From: a virus
Taxonomy: Duplodnaviria > Heunggongvirae > Uroviricota > Caudoviricetes
Length of the DNA: 64,000 nt
Reading direction: 5' to 3' (one strand)
IMG/VR virus record: IMGVR_UViG_3300049044_000033
Span: 350,796-414,795 of that record
Part shown: piece after piece, positions 29,697 through 39,347 of the stretch
Position numbering within the stretch: position 1 is the stretch's first letter
Layout: every line of letters starts with the position of its first letter
Notes under the pieces: generated by a model
Told to the model about the DNA's origin: nothing
Seen by the model: the letters and a program-made list of their open reading frames with translations, nothing else
The model's database searches: none
Translations under genes and position numbers: made by a program

Positions 29697-30689
29697 ATGA
29701 GCTACAAAGTCAACAAAGCAGATGGTAATTCAGTTATCGTTGCTGATCTCGAAAAGGAGATCGTCGGCGGCCTCACCTTATTGGGCTATGGTTTCACGAA
29801 CTATGGCGACGAAATTGCTCAGAACTTTGTCAAGGATCTAGAGAATAATGCTGGTGCAGCAGAACCTGTTAAGCCGGTTCTAGGTCAGTTTTGGTTCCAG
29901 ATTCCTCTAAACCCTGCTACTGAAAACCGTAACCTTCGAATCTGTACCAGCACAAGTGCATCTACTCTTGATACCCGTTGGAAAACTATATTCAGTATCA
30001 CCCCGTCGGGTGCCATACAGTTAGATGCCTGGACTCTAAGGGGTAAGGCTCCGGTTACGCCTGGAGGCGGCTCTACGGGCGTTGGACAACCCGTAGTCTT
30101 GGATTCGAATGGTAAGGTCAATACTAGCTATCTGCCCTATACGGGCGGAGGTATTATCACCGTCAACCAAGCAACTGGTGTTATTTCCACAGATGGCACA
30201 ACTGGTCCAATGGGGCCACAAGGTCCGACTGGCGCCACTGGCGCTACTGGTCCGCAAGGTCCTATGGGACCTATGGGCCCAATGGGTCCGCAGGGACCGC
30301 AAGGGGCTAAGGGTAATACTGGATCTACTGGTAGCCAAGGCCCAGCAGGCGCTACCGGGCCACAAGGTCCACAAGGCCCGGCCGGCCCATCAGGTCAAGC
30401 AGGTTCAGGTATCTCAGGTTCAGGCGGATCTTGGGTTCAATTTTCAAATGGTTTTAAGATGTGTTGGGGACAGATCGCGGTCAAGCCACACGGCGTTGTT
30501 TATCCCAATTTTCCTTTCACATTTAATAATATTCCTTCTTTGGTGGTAAGTGGTACCAGTAGTAAAGGTGGTGACCCACAAGTTAACGATTCGTCGACTT
30601 ACCACCCTGATGTAACAACAACAAGAGCAGCAATTACCAGTGGTCGTGATGAGAACTACACCGCTCACTGGATAGCAATGGGATTCTAA
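29697..30689 (+). CDS. tail fibre protein with collagen-like repeat
   Basis: N-terminal L.G.G..NYG..IA.NF..LENN anchor, (Gly-X-Y)n tract, C-terminal SNGFKMCWG...WIAMGF tip domain. Confidence 0.85.
   Translation: MSYKVNKADGNSVIVADLEKEIVGGLTLLGYGFTNYGDEIAQNFVKDLENNAGAAEPVKPVLGQFWFQIPLNPATENRNLRICTSTSASTLDTRWKTIFSITPSGAIQLDAWTLRGKAPVTPGGGSTGVGQPVVLDSNGKVNTSYLPYTGGGIITVNQATGVISTDGTTGPMGPQGPTGATGATGPQGPMGPMGPMGPQGPQGAKGNTGSTGSQGPAGATGPQGPQGPAGPSGQAGSGISGSGGSWVQFSNGFKMCWGQIAVKPHGVVYPNFPFTFNNIPSLVVSGTSSKGGDPQVNDSSTYHPDVTTTRAAITSGRDENYTAHWIAMGF
30204..30410 (+). repeat. collagen-like Gly-X-Y coding repeat
   Basis: [18 protein letters not shown]... repeats; boundaries approximate. Confidence 0.85.
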
Positions 30690-30690
30690 T

Positions 30691-31074
30691 ATGAAGTATT
30701 TCTACAGTCCATCAGTGGGTGGGTTCTTCATCGAAGGTATCAATTCAATTATACCTGAAGATGCCTTTGAAATTTCTCAAGAAGAACACCAGGCTCTTCT
30801 TGATGGTCAAAGCAGCGGCAAATCAATTGTTTACAAGAGCAGGAAACTACAGCTCGTTGAACCTGAAAAAGTATCCAAGACTTGGGACGATATTAGGGCT
30901 CGTCGTGATCGCATTCTAGCCAATTGTGATTGGACCCAAATGGCAGATAGCCCTTTGTCGGACCAAACCAAGACAAAGTGGGCTACATACCGACAGAAAC
31001 TGCGTGACTTGACTGAAACCTATTCTGATCCCAACAAAGTGGTTTGGCCAGTCTCGCCATCTGAGGAGGCATAA
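30691..31074 (+). CDS. tail fibre assembly chaperone (Tfa-like)
   Basis: YFYSPS..GFF...IP.DA.EIS.E.H..LL.GQ..GK; R..RD..L...DWTQ..DSP...W..YRQ.LRD. Confidence 0.85.
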   Translation: MKYFYSPSVGGFFIEGINSIIPEDAFEISQEEHQALLDGQSSGKSIVYKSRKLQLVEPEKVSKTWDDIRARRDRILANCDWTQMADSPLSDQTKTKWATYRQKLRDLTETYSDPNKVVWPVSPSEEA

Positions 31075-32168
31075 TGAGCTATACGGTAAACAAAACCAAT
31101 GGCGACATTGCAACCATTGTTGATGAGTATAAGAAGGAAATTATTGCCGGTTTGGCAATACTAGGCTTGGGTTATGTAAACTATGGTGAAGAGATTGCTA
31201 ACAATTTTGTTAGACTAGCTGAGAACTTTGCCTATAACGTAGCGCCTTCTAATCCTCTAAAAGGGCAGATTTGGTACGATACTTCGTCCACTAATCCAGT
31301 AGTTAGATCTTTCAACGGTTCCACCTGGAATCCACTATTTGCAATTGATTTAGCCAACAATAGAGCTGGTCCATATTATAATGGCAGTCCGGCTTTTCCT
31401 GATATCAATCCAGTAGCTGGGACTTTAGTGGTTCGTGGTAGTGACGGTAAGATTGCACCTTCAAGTATCCCATCTGGTTTGAATGCAGGTAGTGCCACAA
31501 CCTCGAGTCGATTAGATCCTGGATCTAAGATCAATGGTATAACATTTACTGGCGCACAAGATATTATTCTCACAACGGCAAATGTTCCCGAGTCAGGTAA
31601 TCTGTATTATACGAATGGCCGCGCTCGTGCTGCTCTATCCGGTGGACGTTATATTACGGTAGATACAAATACAGGCCAGATCTCATTCAACGGTCCAGAT
31701 CCAACGAGCGGTGCTACAGGTCCACAAGGCCCAGCTGGTCCACAAGGTCCTATGGGGCCTACGGGACCACAAGGCCCAGCAGGTGCTAATGGCGCTACAG
31801 GCCCGGCCGGTCCACAAGGACCACAAGGTGCTCCGGCTGTTGTGAATTTCCACTACGATACTGCAGGGTATGGTGCTGGCGGCACAGGCTATGCCGTTTA
31901 TAGTGGCGGTTTACTAGTTCAATGGGGGAGAGTTCGTAGATCTTTTACCGATGAAGGCGCTTGGACTCTTAATTGGCCTGTAAGCTTCGGAGGTGAGCCT
32001 ATTGCTATAAACGCCACAGCTTATATCCAAACTTCTTCGAAATACCGAGATCTTATCCCGCAGGTTGTTTCAGCTAACGCAACTGGCGCTACATTCTACC
32101 TGCAGACATCGAGTTCGGATGACCCTAAGGGTTACGGTTTCGACTGGATAGCTTACGGAACAACTTAA
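31074..32168 (+). CDS. second tail fibre protein with collagen-like repeat
   Basis: Paralogue of 29697..30689; [27 protein letters not shown] tract, GLLVQWG...WIAYG tip. Confidence 0.85.
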   Translation: MSYTVNKTNGDIATIVDEYKKEIIAGLAILGLGYVNYGEEIANNFVRLAENFAYNVAPSNPLKGQIWYDTSSTNPVVRSFNGSTWNPLFAIDLANNRAGPYYNGSPAFPDINPVAGTLVVRGSDGKIAPSSIPSGLNAGSATTSSRLDPGSKINGITFTGAQDIILTTANVPESGNLYYTNGRARAALSGGRYITVDTNTGQISFNGPDPTSGATGPQGPAGPQGPMGPTGPQGPAGANGATGPAGPQGPQGAPAVVNFHYDTAGYGAGGTGYAVYSGGLLVQWGRVRRSFTDEGAWTLNWPVSFGGEPIAINATAYIQTSSKYRDLIPQVVSANATGATFYLQTSSSDDPKGYGFDWIAYGTT

Positions 32169-32199
32169 AAGAAAGCCCCGGATTGCTCCGGGGCTTTTT
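32168..32199. terminator. bidirectional intrinsic terminator
   Basis: AAAGCCCCGGA-TTGC-TCCGGGGCTTTTT between the convergent fibre and thyX genes. Confidence 0.85.
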
Positions 32200-32202
32200 G
32201 TA

Positions 32203-33135
32203 TTAGAGCTTAAAGGTTGTCTTAAACTCTGTAAGTTCACGCTTACTCATTCGGAAATGATCCAAGAATTCTGCCTCAGTTTCAAACTGGGCTTGAATAT
32301 GATCATATGCTTCCGAGAAGCTCAGATCAAATTCATTCGAACGCGTCACTAGAGCCTGAAGAAGCTCAACTTCCATACCCGAGAAGGTCTTGGAATCACG
32401 AATGTAATCCTCATAAGCCTCACAAGCAGCAGGGAAGATAGGCTTGATCAGCTTGTAGATTGCACGAGCAAATTCCTGGATTTCCCACTGAGCATGACTA
32501 TCTTCACGAAGCTTCAGCATGTGGAAGAGGTTGTGAAGGTTCTGCTTCCAGTAGAGCTCAGTGTAACCAGCTACTGGCATAACAGTGCGAGCTAGTTCAC
32601 GAGTCATACCCTCGTATTCGTCAGTGAAGCCGAAATGTTCCTCAAGAGTTCCTTCACCGAGAAGATTCTTGTAGATCGTATAGCTATCTTGGGTTGCTTT
32701 ACGAAGCAACTTCTGTGCTGCTAACTGGTCGCTAGCTTCCATAACACCGCCACGACCCTGCTTGTTTAGGGTGCTCTGTGGCTGGATGTTCTCGAGATTT
32801 GGTACATACATCTCGTCAGTCAGAACCGAGTAGCGACCCGAATATTCATTCAGACTCGAAGTGCGGTGTCGCACCAGCTGACGCATAACAAAGATGGGAA
32901 GCTTGAGATGGAGTTTAACTTCTGCCATTTCAAGTGGGCTGGTATGCTTGTGGCGAACCAGGTAGCGGATAAGACCACGGTCTTCACGAACACTCTTAGT
33001 GCCGTCGCCGTAGGATACTCGAGCCGCGCTGACAATTGCGGCATCATCTCCCATTGTGTCAACTAGACCAACGAAACCGTGATCAAGGACTGGGACATAG
33101 CGGTCGTTGCCAGCAACATCGCTCTGAAGGGTCAT
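32203..33135 (-). CDS. thyX: flavin-dependent thymidylate synthase
   Basis: AARVSYG, HTSPLE, RQLVRHRTSSLNEYSGRY ThyX motif, HAQWEI. Confidence 0.95.
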   Translation of the reverse strand: MTLQSDVAGNDRYVPVLDHGFVGLVDTMGDDAAIVSAARVSYGDGTKSVREDRGLIRYLVRHKHTSPLEMAEVKLHLKLPIFVMRQLVRHRTSSLNEYSGRYSVLTDEMYVPNLENIQPQSTLNKQGRGGVMEASDQLAAQKLLRKATQDSYTIYKNLLGEGTLEEHFGFTDEYEGMTRELARTVMPVAGYTELYWKQNLHNLFHMLKLREDSHAQWEIQEFARAIYKLIKPIFPAACEAYEDYIRDSKTFSGMEVELLQALVTRSNEFDLSFSEAYDHIQAQFETEAEFLDHFRMSKRELTEFKTTFKL

Positions 33136-33195
33136 TCTACACTCCTATTATGTTATTCAGGATTGAGTGTTTGTTTCTCAATCCTGAATATACAC

Positions 33196-33477
33196 TCAGA
33201 GCGCAATATCCTTCAATATGATTTCGGCGAAATGTCGGATTGTTTCCTTCACTTCGGCGAGATTTAGGATAAGACCAATCTCGTCAATACCTTGATCTTC
33301 TAGGCTCTCATCATCCATCATGATCTCATTGAGTTCTTCACGAGAAATGATGTAAGTCTCACCCTCAAGGTCAGTAACACAAGCCCCAGAAACAAATTCC
33401 TCAGGCACGTGATCAGGTTCAATTTCAGCTAGGATCTTATCCAGGTCCTCAAACTCCGGTGTCGCCATTGTCGTCAC
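33196..33477 (-). CDS. acidic hypothetical protein
   Basis: AGGAG RBS; IL.EIE..HVP.EF pattern; start may be 33468. Confidence 0.7.
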   Translation of the reverse strand: MTTMATPEFEDLDKILAEIEPDHVPEEFVSGACVTDLEGETYIISREELNEIMMDDESLEDQGIDEIGLILNLAEVKETIRHFAEIILKDIAL

Positions 33478-33922
33478 TCCTAACGAGTTTGACCGCTACT
33501 TGGTAGCGCTCATACATTGTGCGAACAGCTTCATTTTCTTGAATGAGCTTTCGTTCACTAATGTATTTAATCAATTCCTCGCGAGTGACACTTTCTTGGC
33601 TACCGTTATCCATGTGAACCTCAATCTTCACATCATACTTTCCTACACTCGGATTGATGTGGAGAGAAGGATATTCGGTTAGAATCTTCCAATTGATGTT
33701 TTTGATATTACTGATGGAAGTGTTGATTGTACTGGGAACATTGTTGTAGGTGATAGATTGCTTAGGCACCATAGCAACCTGCATCTTCTCATACATCTTA
33801 TCAAGTGCCTGAGTTGAGAAGTAATCATCAGAATACAAGCTAGAGTTGTAGATTGGAAGAGTATTGTCTTCCTTTTCATCCTTGTCTGGATCAACTTTAG
33901 GATACTGGGTCATTTTTATCAC
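33449..33922 (-). CDS. hypothetical protein, member 5 of tandem family with shared C-terminal helix
   Basis: C-terminus IQENEAVRTMYERYQVAVKLV; start may be a few codons downstream. Confidence 0.7.
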   Translation of the reverse strand: MIKMTQYPKVDPDKDEKEDNTLPIYNSSLYSDDYFSTQALDKMYEKMQVAMVPKQSITYNNVPSTINTSISNIKNINWKILTEYPSLHINPSVGKYDVKIEVHMDNGSQESVTREELIKYISERKLIQENEAVRTMYERYQVAVKLVRSDDNGDTGV

Positions 33923-34247
33923 CTCCGACTAAACGGATAGTCATAACAAGCTTATCCCACTGTGATGATAGGGTCTCGTTACTTTGAATCAAGTCGAGCA
34001 TCTTCTTGATCTTCTGATATTCAAGCAGCTGGGTGTCGAGGTTGTCTAGGACTTTATCCAAATCAGGTTCAACATCTATGATACTAGTAAGGTTGTGAAG
34101 GCGATGATGAATCCTAGCCCATTTAAGTTCTTTATTCGTTACTGTGTTTTCCCGCTGACGAAGCTGCTCATAGGCTTGCTCATACTCTTCACGAGCAATT
34201 TTATCAGCTTGTTCCTGGATTGCCCAGATGTCAATGTCATTACTCAT
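33897..34247 (-). CDS. coiled-coil protein, member 4 of tandem family
   Basis: C-terminus IQSNETLSSQWDKLVMTIRLVG. Confidence 0.75.
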   Translation of the reverse strand: MSNDIDIWAIQEQADKIAREEYEQAYEQLRQRENTVTNKELKWARIHHRLHNLTSIIDVEPDLDKVLDNLDTQLLEYQKIKKMLDLIQSNETLSSQWDKLVMTIRLVGGDKNDPVS

Positions 34248-34708
34248 TCAGTCATCCTCATCATAACAAGAAGTTTATCCCACTGGGCTTTGACCATTGG
34301 ATTTGTCTCGAAGGCATCAAGTAGAATCTGAAAGTCAGTGGCCTTAGTTATAACTTGTAAAAAGGCATGGACAAACTCGGTCATATCCTCAGGTAGATGC
34401 ATGTGATGACCTATACCATCTATTCGAAATGTCTCATGGCCAAATAAAAGCTGGTAGCAGTATCTGTCCTTAGTCTCATCTCTCCACTGGGCAGGTTGAT
34501 TAGACATCTTTGCCCATTCGTCTCGAATGCGACTTACAGCTTTGTTCCAGGAACTAACCGCATGAGATATTTGTGCTTTGCCTTCATCAATTTCAGCCAA
34601 CCTTTCTTGAATGTCTGAAATAGCCGCTTGATAGCCTTCATGACGAGCTTGAGCTTTCATCACTTCTAGCTCTTCGCTCATGGATTTCCAATCATTTGGA
34701 TTTGTCAT
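34244..34708 (-). CDS. coiled-coil protein, member 3 of tandem family
   Basis: C-terminus FETNPMVKAQWDKLLVMMRMT. Confidence 0.75.
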   Translation of the reverse strand: MTNPNDWKSMSEELEVMKAQARHEGYQAAISDIQERLAEIDEGKAQISHAVSSWNKAVSRIRDEWAKMSNQPAQWRDETKDRYCYQLLFGHETFRIDGIGHHMHLPEDMTEFVHAFLQVITKATDFQILLDAFETNPMVKAQWDKLLVMMRMTE

Positions 34709-34949
34709 AACCTGCTAACCTCAAAGCCATCATAAATTTGTCCCAAGTTCCCCTCACGACGTCATTCTCATTGATGGCTTTTATGATAATATTAAAGTGC
34801 TCTGCTTTGACTTCGCAATCGGCTAGCTTTTTATTCAAGCGAGCAATCTCTTTGCGATACTCATAACAGTTGGTATTCAGCTGGCTGACGAGTTCCTGGC
34901 TTCTCTGTAATTTACTCTCTACGGAGCGCCAGTTGAAATCATCAGACAT
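34692..34949 (-). CDS. coiled-coil protein, member 2 of tandem family
   Basis: C-terminus INENDVVRGTWDKFMMALRLAG. Confidence 0.75.
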   Translation of the reverse strand: MSDDFNWRSVESKLQRSQELVSQLNTNCYEYRKEIARLNKKLADCEVKAEHFNIIIKAINENDVVRGTWDKFMMALRLAGYDKSK

Positions 34950-35385
34950 TTTGAGAACCAGATAGTTTCCTCATCAGTTGGAGATCATCAAACATCTTCT
35001 TTATCTGAGGATTGTTTTCAATGTCCTGTGAGAGATAGAACCACTTCAAGGCATGATGAGCCATCCTCTGGTGAGCGACCCTGAACTTACGCTTGATGTG
35101 ACGAAGGTTCTCTGCCAGCTCTTGAGGTGTCTCAATATCAAGTTCTTCCTGATATCGGAAGTGGTAGCTGTGAAGCTCGCCATTGAATAGATCCTCTGGA
35201 TCTAGCTTTTCTTCACGTTCTCCATAATAGTCAGATGCCTCAACAGCACAATCATCATCGCCGTAGTCGTAGGCGTCAAAAATGTGAGCGGCCATTTCGG
35301 GACCAAAGGGGTCGCTTACTTTTGGAATGACACTGCCATTTGAATAAGCAGGCGTAACGGCGTATGCTTTGCGGTATTTGCTCAT
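34942..35385 (-). CDS. hypothetical protein, member 1 of tandem family
   Basis: C-terminus IENNPQIKKMFDDLQLMRKLSG. Confidence 0.75.
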   Translation of the reverse strand: MSKYRKAYAVTPAYSNGSVIPKVSDPFGPEMAAHIFDAYDYGDDDCAVEASDYYGEREEKLDPEDLFNGELHSYHFRYQEELDIETPQELAENLRHIKRKFRVAHQRMAHHALKWFYLSQDIENNPQIKKMFDDLQLMRKLSGSQNV

Positions 35386-35388
35386 AAG

Positions 35389-35420
35389 AAAATCCTGGAA
35401 AATTGCTTTTCCAGGATTTT
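35389..35420 (-). terminator. 14-bp-stem hairpin (terminator and/or RBS-occluding)
   Basis: AAAATCCTGGAAAA-TTGC-TTTTCCAGGATTTT immediately before ATG 35385. Confidence 0.6.
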
Positions 35421-35443
35421 ACACAATTAGGTGAAAAAACTCA

Positions 35444-35704
35444 CTAAAGAAGTTCACCTCTTTGTTTCATAGCAGGAAGATTTTCTAGAGCTGCTAAGAT
35501 GACAGCCGCAGCTTTAACAAAGTTATCCTCAAACTCTGACGCTTCTGGATTGATACCATTGCGACGAACTTCAGAACTCACATAGTGGCTGATAATAGCC
35601 ACCCAGTCACCTGGGGTATTCTTAGCATCCCATTCGCTTCCGGGGAGGTCAGCTTGACGCTGACGCTCCGCACGGATTCGTTCCAAGAGAGTATCTAGGT
35701 TCAC
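35444..35704 (-). CDS. small helical protein (MazG-like pattern); ends TAG-TGA
   Basis: I..ER.RQ...W...LVK.AAV..AALE-like pattern. Confidence 0.7.
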   Translation of the reverse strand: MNLDTLLERIRAERQRQADLPGSEWDAKNTPGDWVAIISHYVSSEVRRNGINPEASEFEDNFVKAAAVILAALENLPAMKQRGELL

Positions 35705-36693
35705 TTCTTAGCCTTTGGCGGACGACCGCGCCTCTTAGGAGCCTGTGGAGTAGCTACCAAGGCATCCTTGTTTCCAGCCGGCTGACCATCCTTACGAGGA
35801 CGACCTACTGGATTCTTAGGCTGCATTGCGGCCCACTTTTCCTTGTCTTCCTTGTCTTCACGCAGAGCAGCGCGATCCAGGAATTCCTGAATAGCTGAAT
35901 CAGAGGTATCTACCTGATTGCCTTCTACGTCGCCTTCTTCGATGACAGGAACAAAGCTTGCCTGCGCCGCAGCTAGAGCCGCCTTAACATCATCGGGGAG
36001 AGTAGGATCAATAGCTTCTACGACGACCTCTGGCTGCGAGTTCTCAGCTACGTTAAGCTGGACAGCCTCAGTTACTTCTACCTGTTCTACAGGAGCCACA
36101 GGGGCTTCTAGGGCAGTAACCGATGCCTCGATTACTTCAGGACTATCCGTCACCTGTGGACGTAGTTCAGGAACCATGCGATAAGCCTGCTCGCGCTTAC
36201 GCGAAGCTTCAGCTTCCAAATCTTCAGCCTGGCGGATGATGTTCTGGGCAATGTCTACCTGTGCCTGAACCGTTTCGGATTTCTGATTCTCAAGAATCCT
36301 GTTCTCAAGCTGAACTTCTGCTTCCTTAGGTGCTTCTTCGCCGTTCATGAAATCTACGATCGTGCGTAGAGGACATGGTGCGTTAGGAGCAGGATACATG
36401 ACGATTTCGTCAATCCCTACAGCACGAAGCAAGCCATAGGTGTGAAGTGCGTTCATAACATCTAGGCCTAGATCAGGCAAGATGCGGCGCGACAGAAGGG
36501 TATGTAGGTGTGGAGTCTGCTGGCCTTCAGTTGAATCAACAATATCCATGAGAGCGTCATGGAAACGATCCGGCAGAGCATCAGTATCTACGATCAGGGC
36601 GTTCTGTTCGTTACCAGGAATCTGCATGTAAACTACCACGCAGCGGCGGTCAGTATTCTTGATACGACCTACGTGCTTTTTGAATGTGCTCAT
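35701..36693 (-). CDS. conserved phage protein with acidic linker and two AT-hook-like C-terminal motifs
   Basis: KKHVGRIKNT N-terminal domain; PVGRPRK and KRRGRPPK. Confidence 0.75.
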   Translation of the reverse strand: MSTFKKHVGRIKNTDRRCVVVYMQIPGNEQNALIVDTDALPDRFHDALMDIVDSTEGQQTPHLHTLLSRRILPDLGLDVMNALHTYGLLRAVGIDEIVMYPAPNAPCPLRTIVDFMNGEEAPKEAEVQLENRILENQKSETVQAQVDIAQNIIRQAEDLEAEASRKREQAYRMVPELRPQVTDSPEVIEASVTALEAPVAPVEQVEVTEAVQLNVAENSQPEVVVEAIDPTLPDDVKAALAAAQASFVPVIEEGDVEGNQVDTSDSAIQEFLDRAALREDKEDKEKWAAMQPKNPVGRPRKDGQPAGNKDALVATPQAPKRRGRPPKAKK

Positions 36694-36707
36694 TTTTTGA
36701 GTTCTCC

Positions 36708-36992
36708 TTATTGGACGATCGAGAAGGTTCTAGTTCCTACTGGCTTCAGCTGGTCTTCCCTAACTAATGCCAAGCCTTGACCTTCCTTTACATCAATCTT
36801 TGCTCTCTCCATTGGAACCACTAAATGGTTCTTAGAGAAAACCTCCTGGTTACCTATCACGATATACCAGGGTGTTGCAGAATTGCCGCCATTCTTGCGA
36901 ACTATTTCAACAAAACTGGAACGGTTATTGCCATGCTCGTCAGTGTAGACAAGCATGGCAGAAGTGCCCGGCAGATAATTGATATCTGCCAC
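36708..36992 (-). CDS. hypothetical protein
   Basis: 94-aa ORF tightly packed in the operon. Confidence 0.65.
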   Translation of the reverse strand: MADINYLPGTSAMLVYTDEHGNNRSSFVEIVRKNGGNSATPWYIVIGNQEVFSKNHLVVPMERAKIDVKEGQGLALVREDQLKPVGTRTFSIVQ

Positions 36993-36997
36993 TGCTA

Positions 36998-37207
36998 TTA
37001 ACCTTCAGCTTTTTCTTCAGCAGCTGGCTCTTCCTTGGGAAGAACCGACTCGAGGAAGGTAGCAATCTTGTCGCGAACTGATCCCACGCTCGAGAGTTCG
37101 CCGCCCTTGAACGCACCGCGTTCGGCAGCAAAATCGATAATGCGAAGGGCATTCTGCAGGTCAACCAGAGTAATCTGTGGGGCTTCCTGCGGGGTCTCTT
37201 CAGCCAT
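36998..37207 (-). CDS. small conserved phage protein
   Basis: AAGGAG RBS; DL......IID.A..RGAF.G.E...VG pattern. Confidence 0.8.
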   Translation of the reverse strand: MAEETPQEAPQITLVDLQNALRIIDFAAERGAFKGGELSSVGSVRDKIATFLESVLPKEEPAAEEKAEG

Positions 37208-37322
37208 GAGTTATTCTCCTTAATGCGGCTTATTCGATCTCTGGAGAATACTAGAAGATAGCCAAATATTCAATATTCTGGCGGCACCCAACCATATTTA
37301 GTCGAGAGCCGCCAGTCTATTT

Positions 37323-37898
37323 TTACAGGCTGATCTTACGACGCTTCTTGGGCTTCACAGTCACAAGGTCAGGGTTCCAACCAGTGAACTGTGCCCAGGA
37401 TTCGTGCGGAACATCAATGGGCAAGTTCTGCGCCTTGGCCACTAGCTGGTAGTAGTCAGGACGCTTCGGAGCACCACAGTTGGGCTTCATGCTCATGAAG
37501 TGTGCCTTTTCGAGGTTACACTTGCTACATGCCGCCACAACGTTTTCCCAACGAGTCTTACCACCGTGGAAGCGAGGAACAACGTGGTCAAGCGTCAGCA
37601 GGTTCTTGTCATGCTTTGCATCCAGACCACAGTATTGACACTTGTAATCGTCACGAAGCAGAACGTTAGAGCGGCTGAACTTAACTCCACGGTTGACCTT
37701 CACATACTCACGCAGGAGAAGAACAGCTGGCACTTCGATGGTTGTCGAAGGGCTGTGAACGTCCCAATCCTCATAGGTCGCCAGAACTTCGGCGTTCTCG
37801 AGGAACATGAGCTTTATGGACTGTTGCCACGGAAGTGTGCTCAGGGGCACTACGCTCAGTGGCAAACCGTCCGCATTCAGAATTAGAGTGTCAGACAT
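37323..37898 (-). CDS. HNH endonuclease
   Basis: LILNAD..PL, RD.Y.CQYCG, TLDHVVPR..GG...WENVVAAC..CN. Confidence 0.9.
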   Translation of the reverse strand: MSDTLILNADGLPLSVVPLSTLPWQQSIKLMFLENAEVLATYEDWDVHSPSTTIEVPAVLLLREYVKVNRGVKFSRSNVLLRDDYKCQYCGLDAKHDKNLLTLDHVVPRFHGGKTRWENVVAACSKCNLEKAHFMSMKPNCGAPKRPDYYQLVAKAQNLPIDVPHESWAQFTGWNPDLVTVKPKKRRKISL

Positions 37899-38004
37899 GA
37901 TTCACCAGATTTCTACGTTTGTTTGTACCCCTACAGTTCTACTTATACAGGACGACAACACAGAGTCAACCTATGAGTGGAGTAAGCGTCACTTTCCTCA
38001 TAAC

Positions 38005-39276
38005 TTAATGATACTTAAAGTTTTTAATGGAGAGCTTATCACCCTCAAATAAGATATCTGCCGAGGTCAAACGACCACCTTTGCCCGAACCAGTATCCAT
38101 GAAATAGGCTTCGCCACCCATGGCTCCTTGGACAACTAGTGGCTTGAAGGTATTCCTTATGTCGTGACCTACCATGACGCGTTTTCCCTGAGGAATCCTA
38201 TCTACCCATTCGTAGATGCGTGTAGGGTATCCATCAGCTCTCGGAGGAGCATTATTATCCACTTCTCCGAATAGCGCCATCGTCTCAAAACGACCATGTA
38301 GACGTGGGCTATTGATACTGAACATTTCAGGTTCAGCAGCGCCATGAGTGAAGAGTGTTTCTCCAATAATCCAGTGATGCCGAGAGAAACCCATCAGGGA
38401 CTTGAACTTGACTTCAAACTTCCTACGTGCATCCAGGCTCAATGACTCGATAGCATTGGTAGTAACCTTGTTACCATCTGACAGCCTAACCCTAACATCA
38501 TTAAAACGGACCTGTTCTAACCAGCGTTCAATCTTACGTTCATGGTTACCTATTAGACAGATACCACGACCGCGAGTAACAATATTGTAGACGTGATCAA
38601 CACAATCGAGGCTATTGGGCCCGTAATCCACAACATCACCCAGGAATACACAGAACAGATTCCTCTGAGTTGCCCACTCGGTAGCGTTCTTGAGAGGTTC
38701 AACCATTCCATGAACGTCTCCTACTACCATCACGCCTCGATAACCTTTTGCCTCAATGGCTTCTTTCAGCTGGAAGTTGGTCAGCTTTTCAACAACGTCG
38801 AAGTCTTCCTGTCTTGTGTCAATCACGTTAGCAACGTGGTCACCGCGTATAATATCTCTCTCGTTGGCGCGGAAGATCTGATCATGCTTTGTAATAGCAC
38901 CAGTGGCTCCTGCCCTCCAGCTTGTCTTACTCGATTGGAGTTTATTATCTAACTCTTGATTACAGACCACGTAGAAGATAGGCACTCCTACCCTTAAAGC
39001 AATATCAGCTAGGCCGAGACGATCTTTCTTTCGCAAGTTAGTAGCATCTACGACTACCCTCTCACCTAACTCAAGCTTCATTTGAGTTCTTCGGTGTATT
39101 TCCTTGAACACAATATCGTTGATATCAAGGCGCTGATAGTCTCCCAAGATCTCGAATCGAATTTCTTCACTCCCTAGGATCTCGTAGGAAGAAAACTTCT
39201 GATTTGCCCAGTAGGTTTTACCGCCATTGGCAGGACCGACCATGATAACCAGACTGTGGAGTGGAATTTTTTTCAT
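38005..39276 (-). CDS. polynucleotide kinase-phosphatase (Pnkp; kinase plus metallophosphatase, no ligase domain)
   Basis: GPANGGKT P-loop, VVDATNL; GDVHG, GDVVDYGP, GNHE, VGHD, DTG. Confidence 0.85.
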   Translation of the reverse strand: MKKIPLHSLVIMVGPANGGKTYWANQKFSSYEILGSEEIRFEILGDYQRLDINDIVFKEIHRRTQMKLELGERVVVDATNLRKKDRLGLADIALRVGVPIFYVVCNQELDNKLQSSKTSWRAGATGAITKHDQIFRANERDIIRGDHVANVIDTRQEDFDVVEKLTNFQLKEAIEAKGYRGVMVVGDVHGMVEPLKNATEWATQRNLFCVFLGDVVDYGPNSLDCVDHVYNIVTRGRGICLIGNHERKIERWLEQVRFNDVRVRLSDGNKVTTNAIESLSLDARRKFEVKFKSLMGFSRHHWIIGETLFTHGAAEPEMFSINSPRLHGRFETMALFGEVDNNAPPRADGYPTRIYEWVDRIPQGKRVMVGHDIRNTFKPLVVQGAMGGEAYFMDTGSGKGGRLTSADILFEGDKLSIKNFKYH

Positions 39277-39347
39277 ATTTCAGCTTACTTGGTATTTGAC
39301 TTCGCTGTCAATTTTGCTACATAATAGAACTATAGGTGAGGGTCCGT

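Noticed and set aside
30204-31830. Short DNA repeats as a CRISPR array or diversity-generating retroelement
   Set aside because: They encode in-frame collagen Gly-X-Y tracts; there are no spacers, cas genes or reverse transcriptase in the window.
6771-32168. Genome-wide TAG reassignment (alternative genetic code) suggested by the CUA tRNA
   Set aside because: Structural genes, including a 3499-aa ORF, are intact under the standard code, and coding density is already near complete. I found only one convincing in-frame TAG, in pth2.
39333-39338. TAG directly before the GTG of ORF 39336 as a second amber-gated gene
   Set aside because: No plausible upstream start or RBS in frame; ATG 39348 with a signal-like N-terminus explains the gene.
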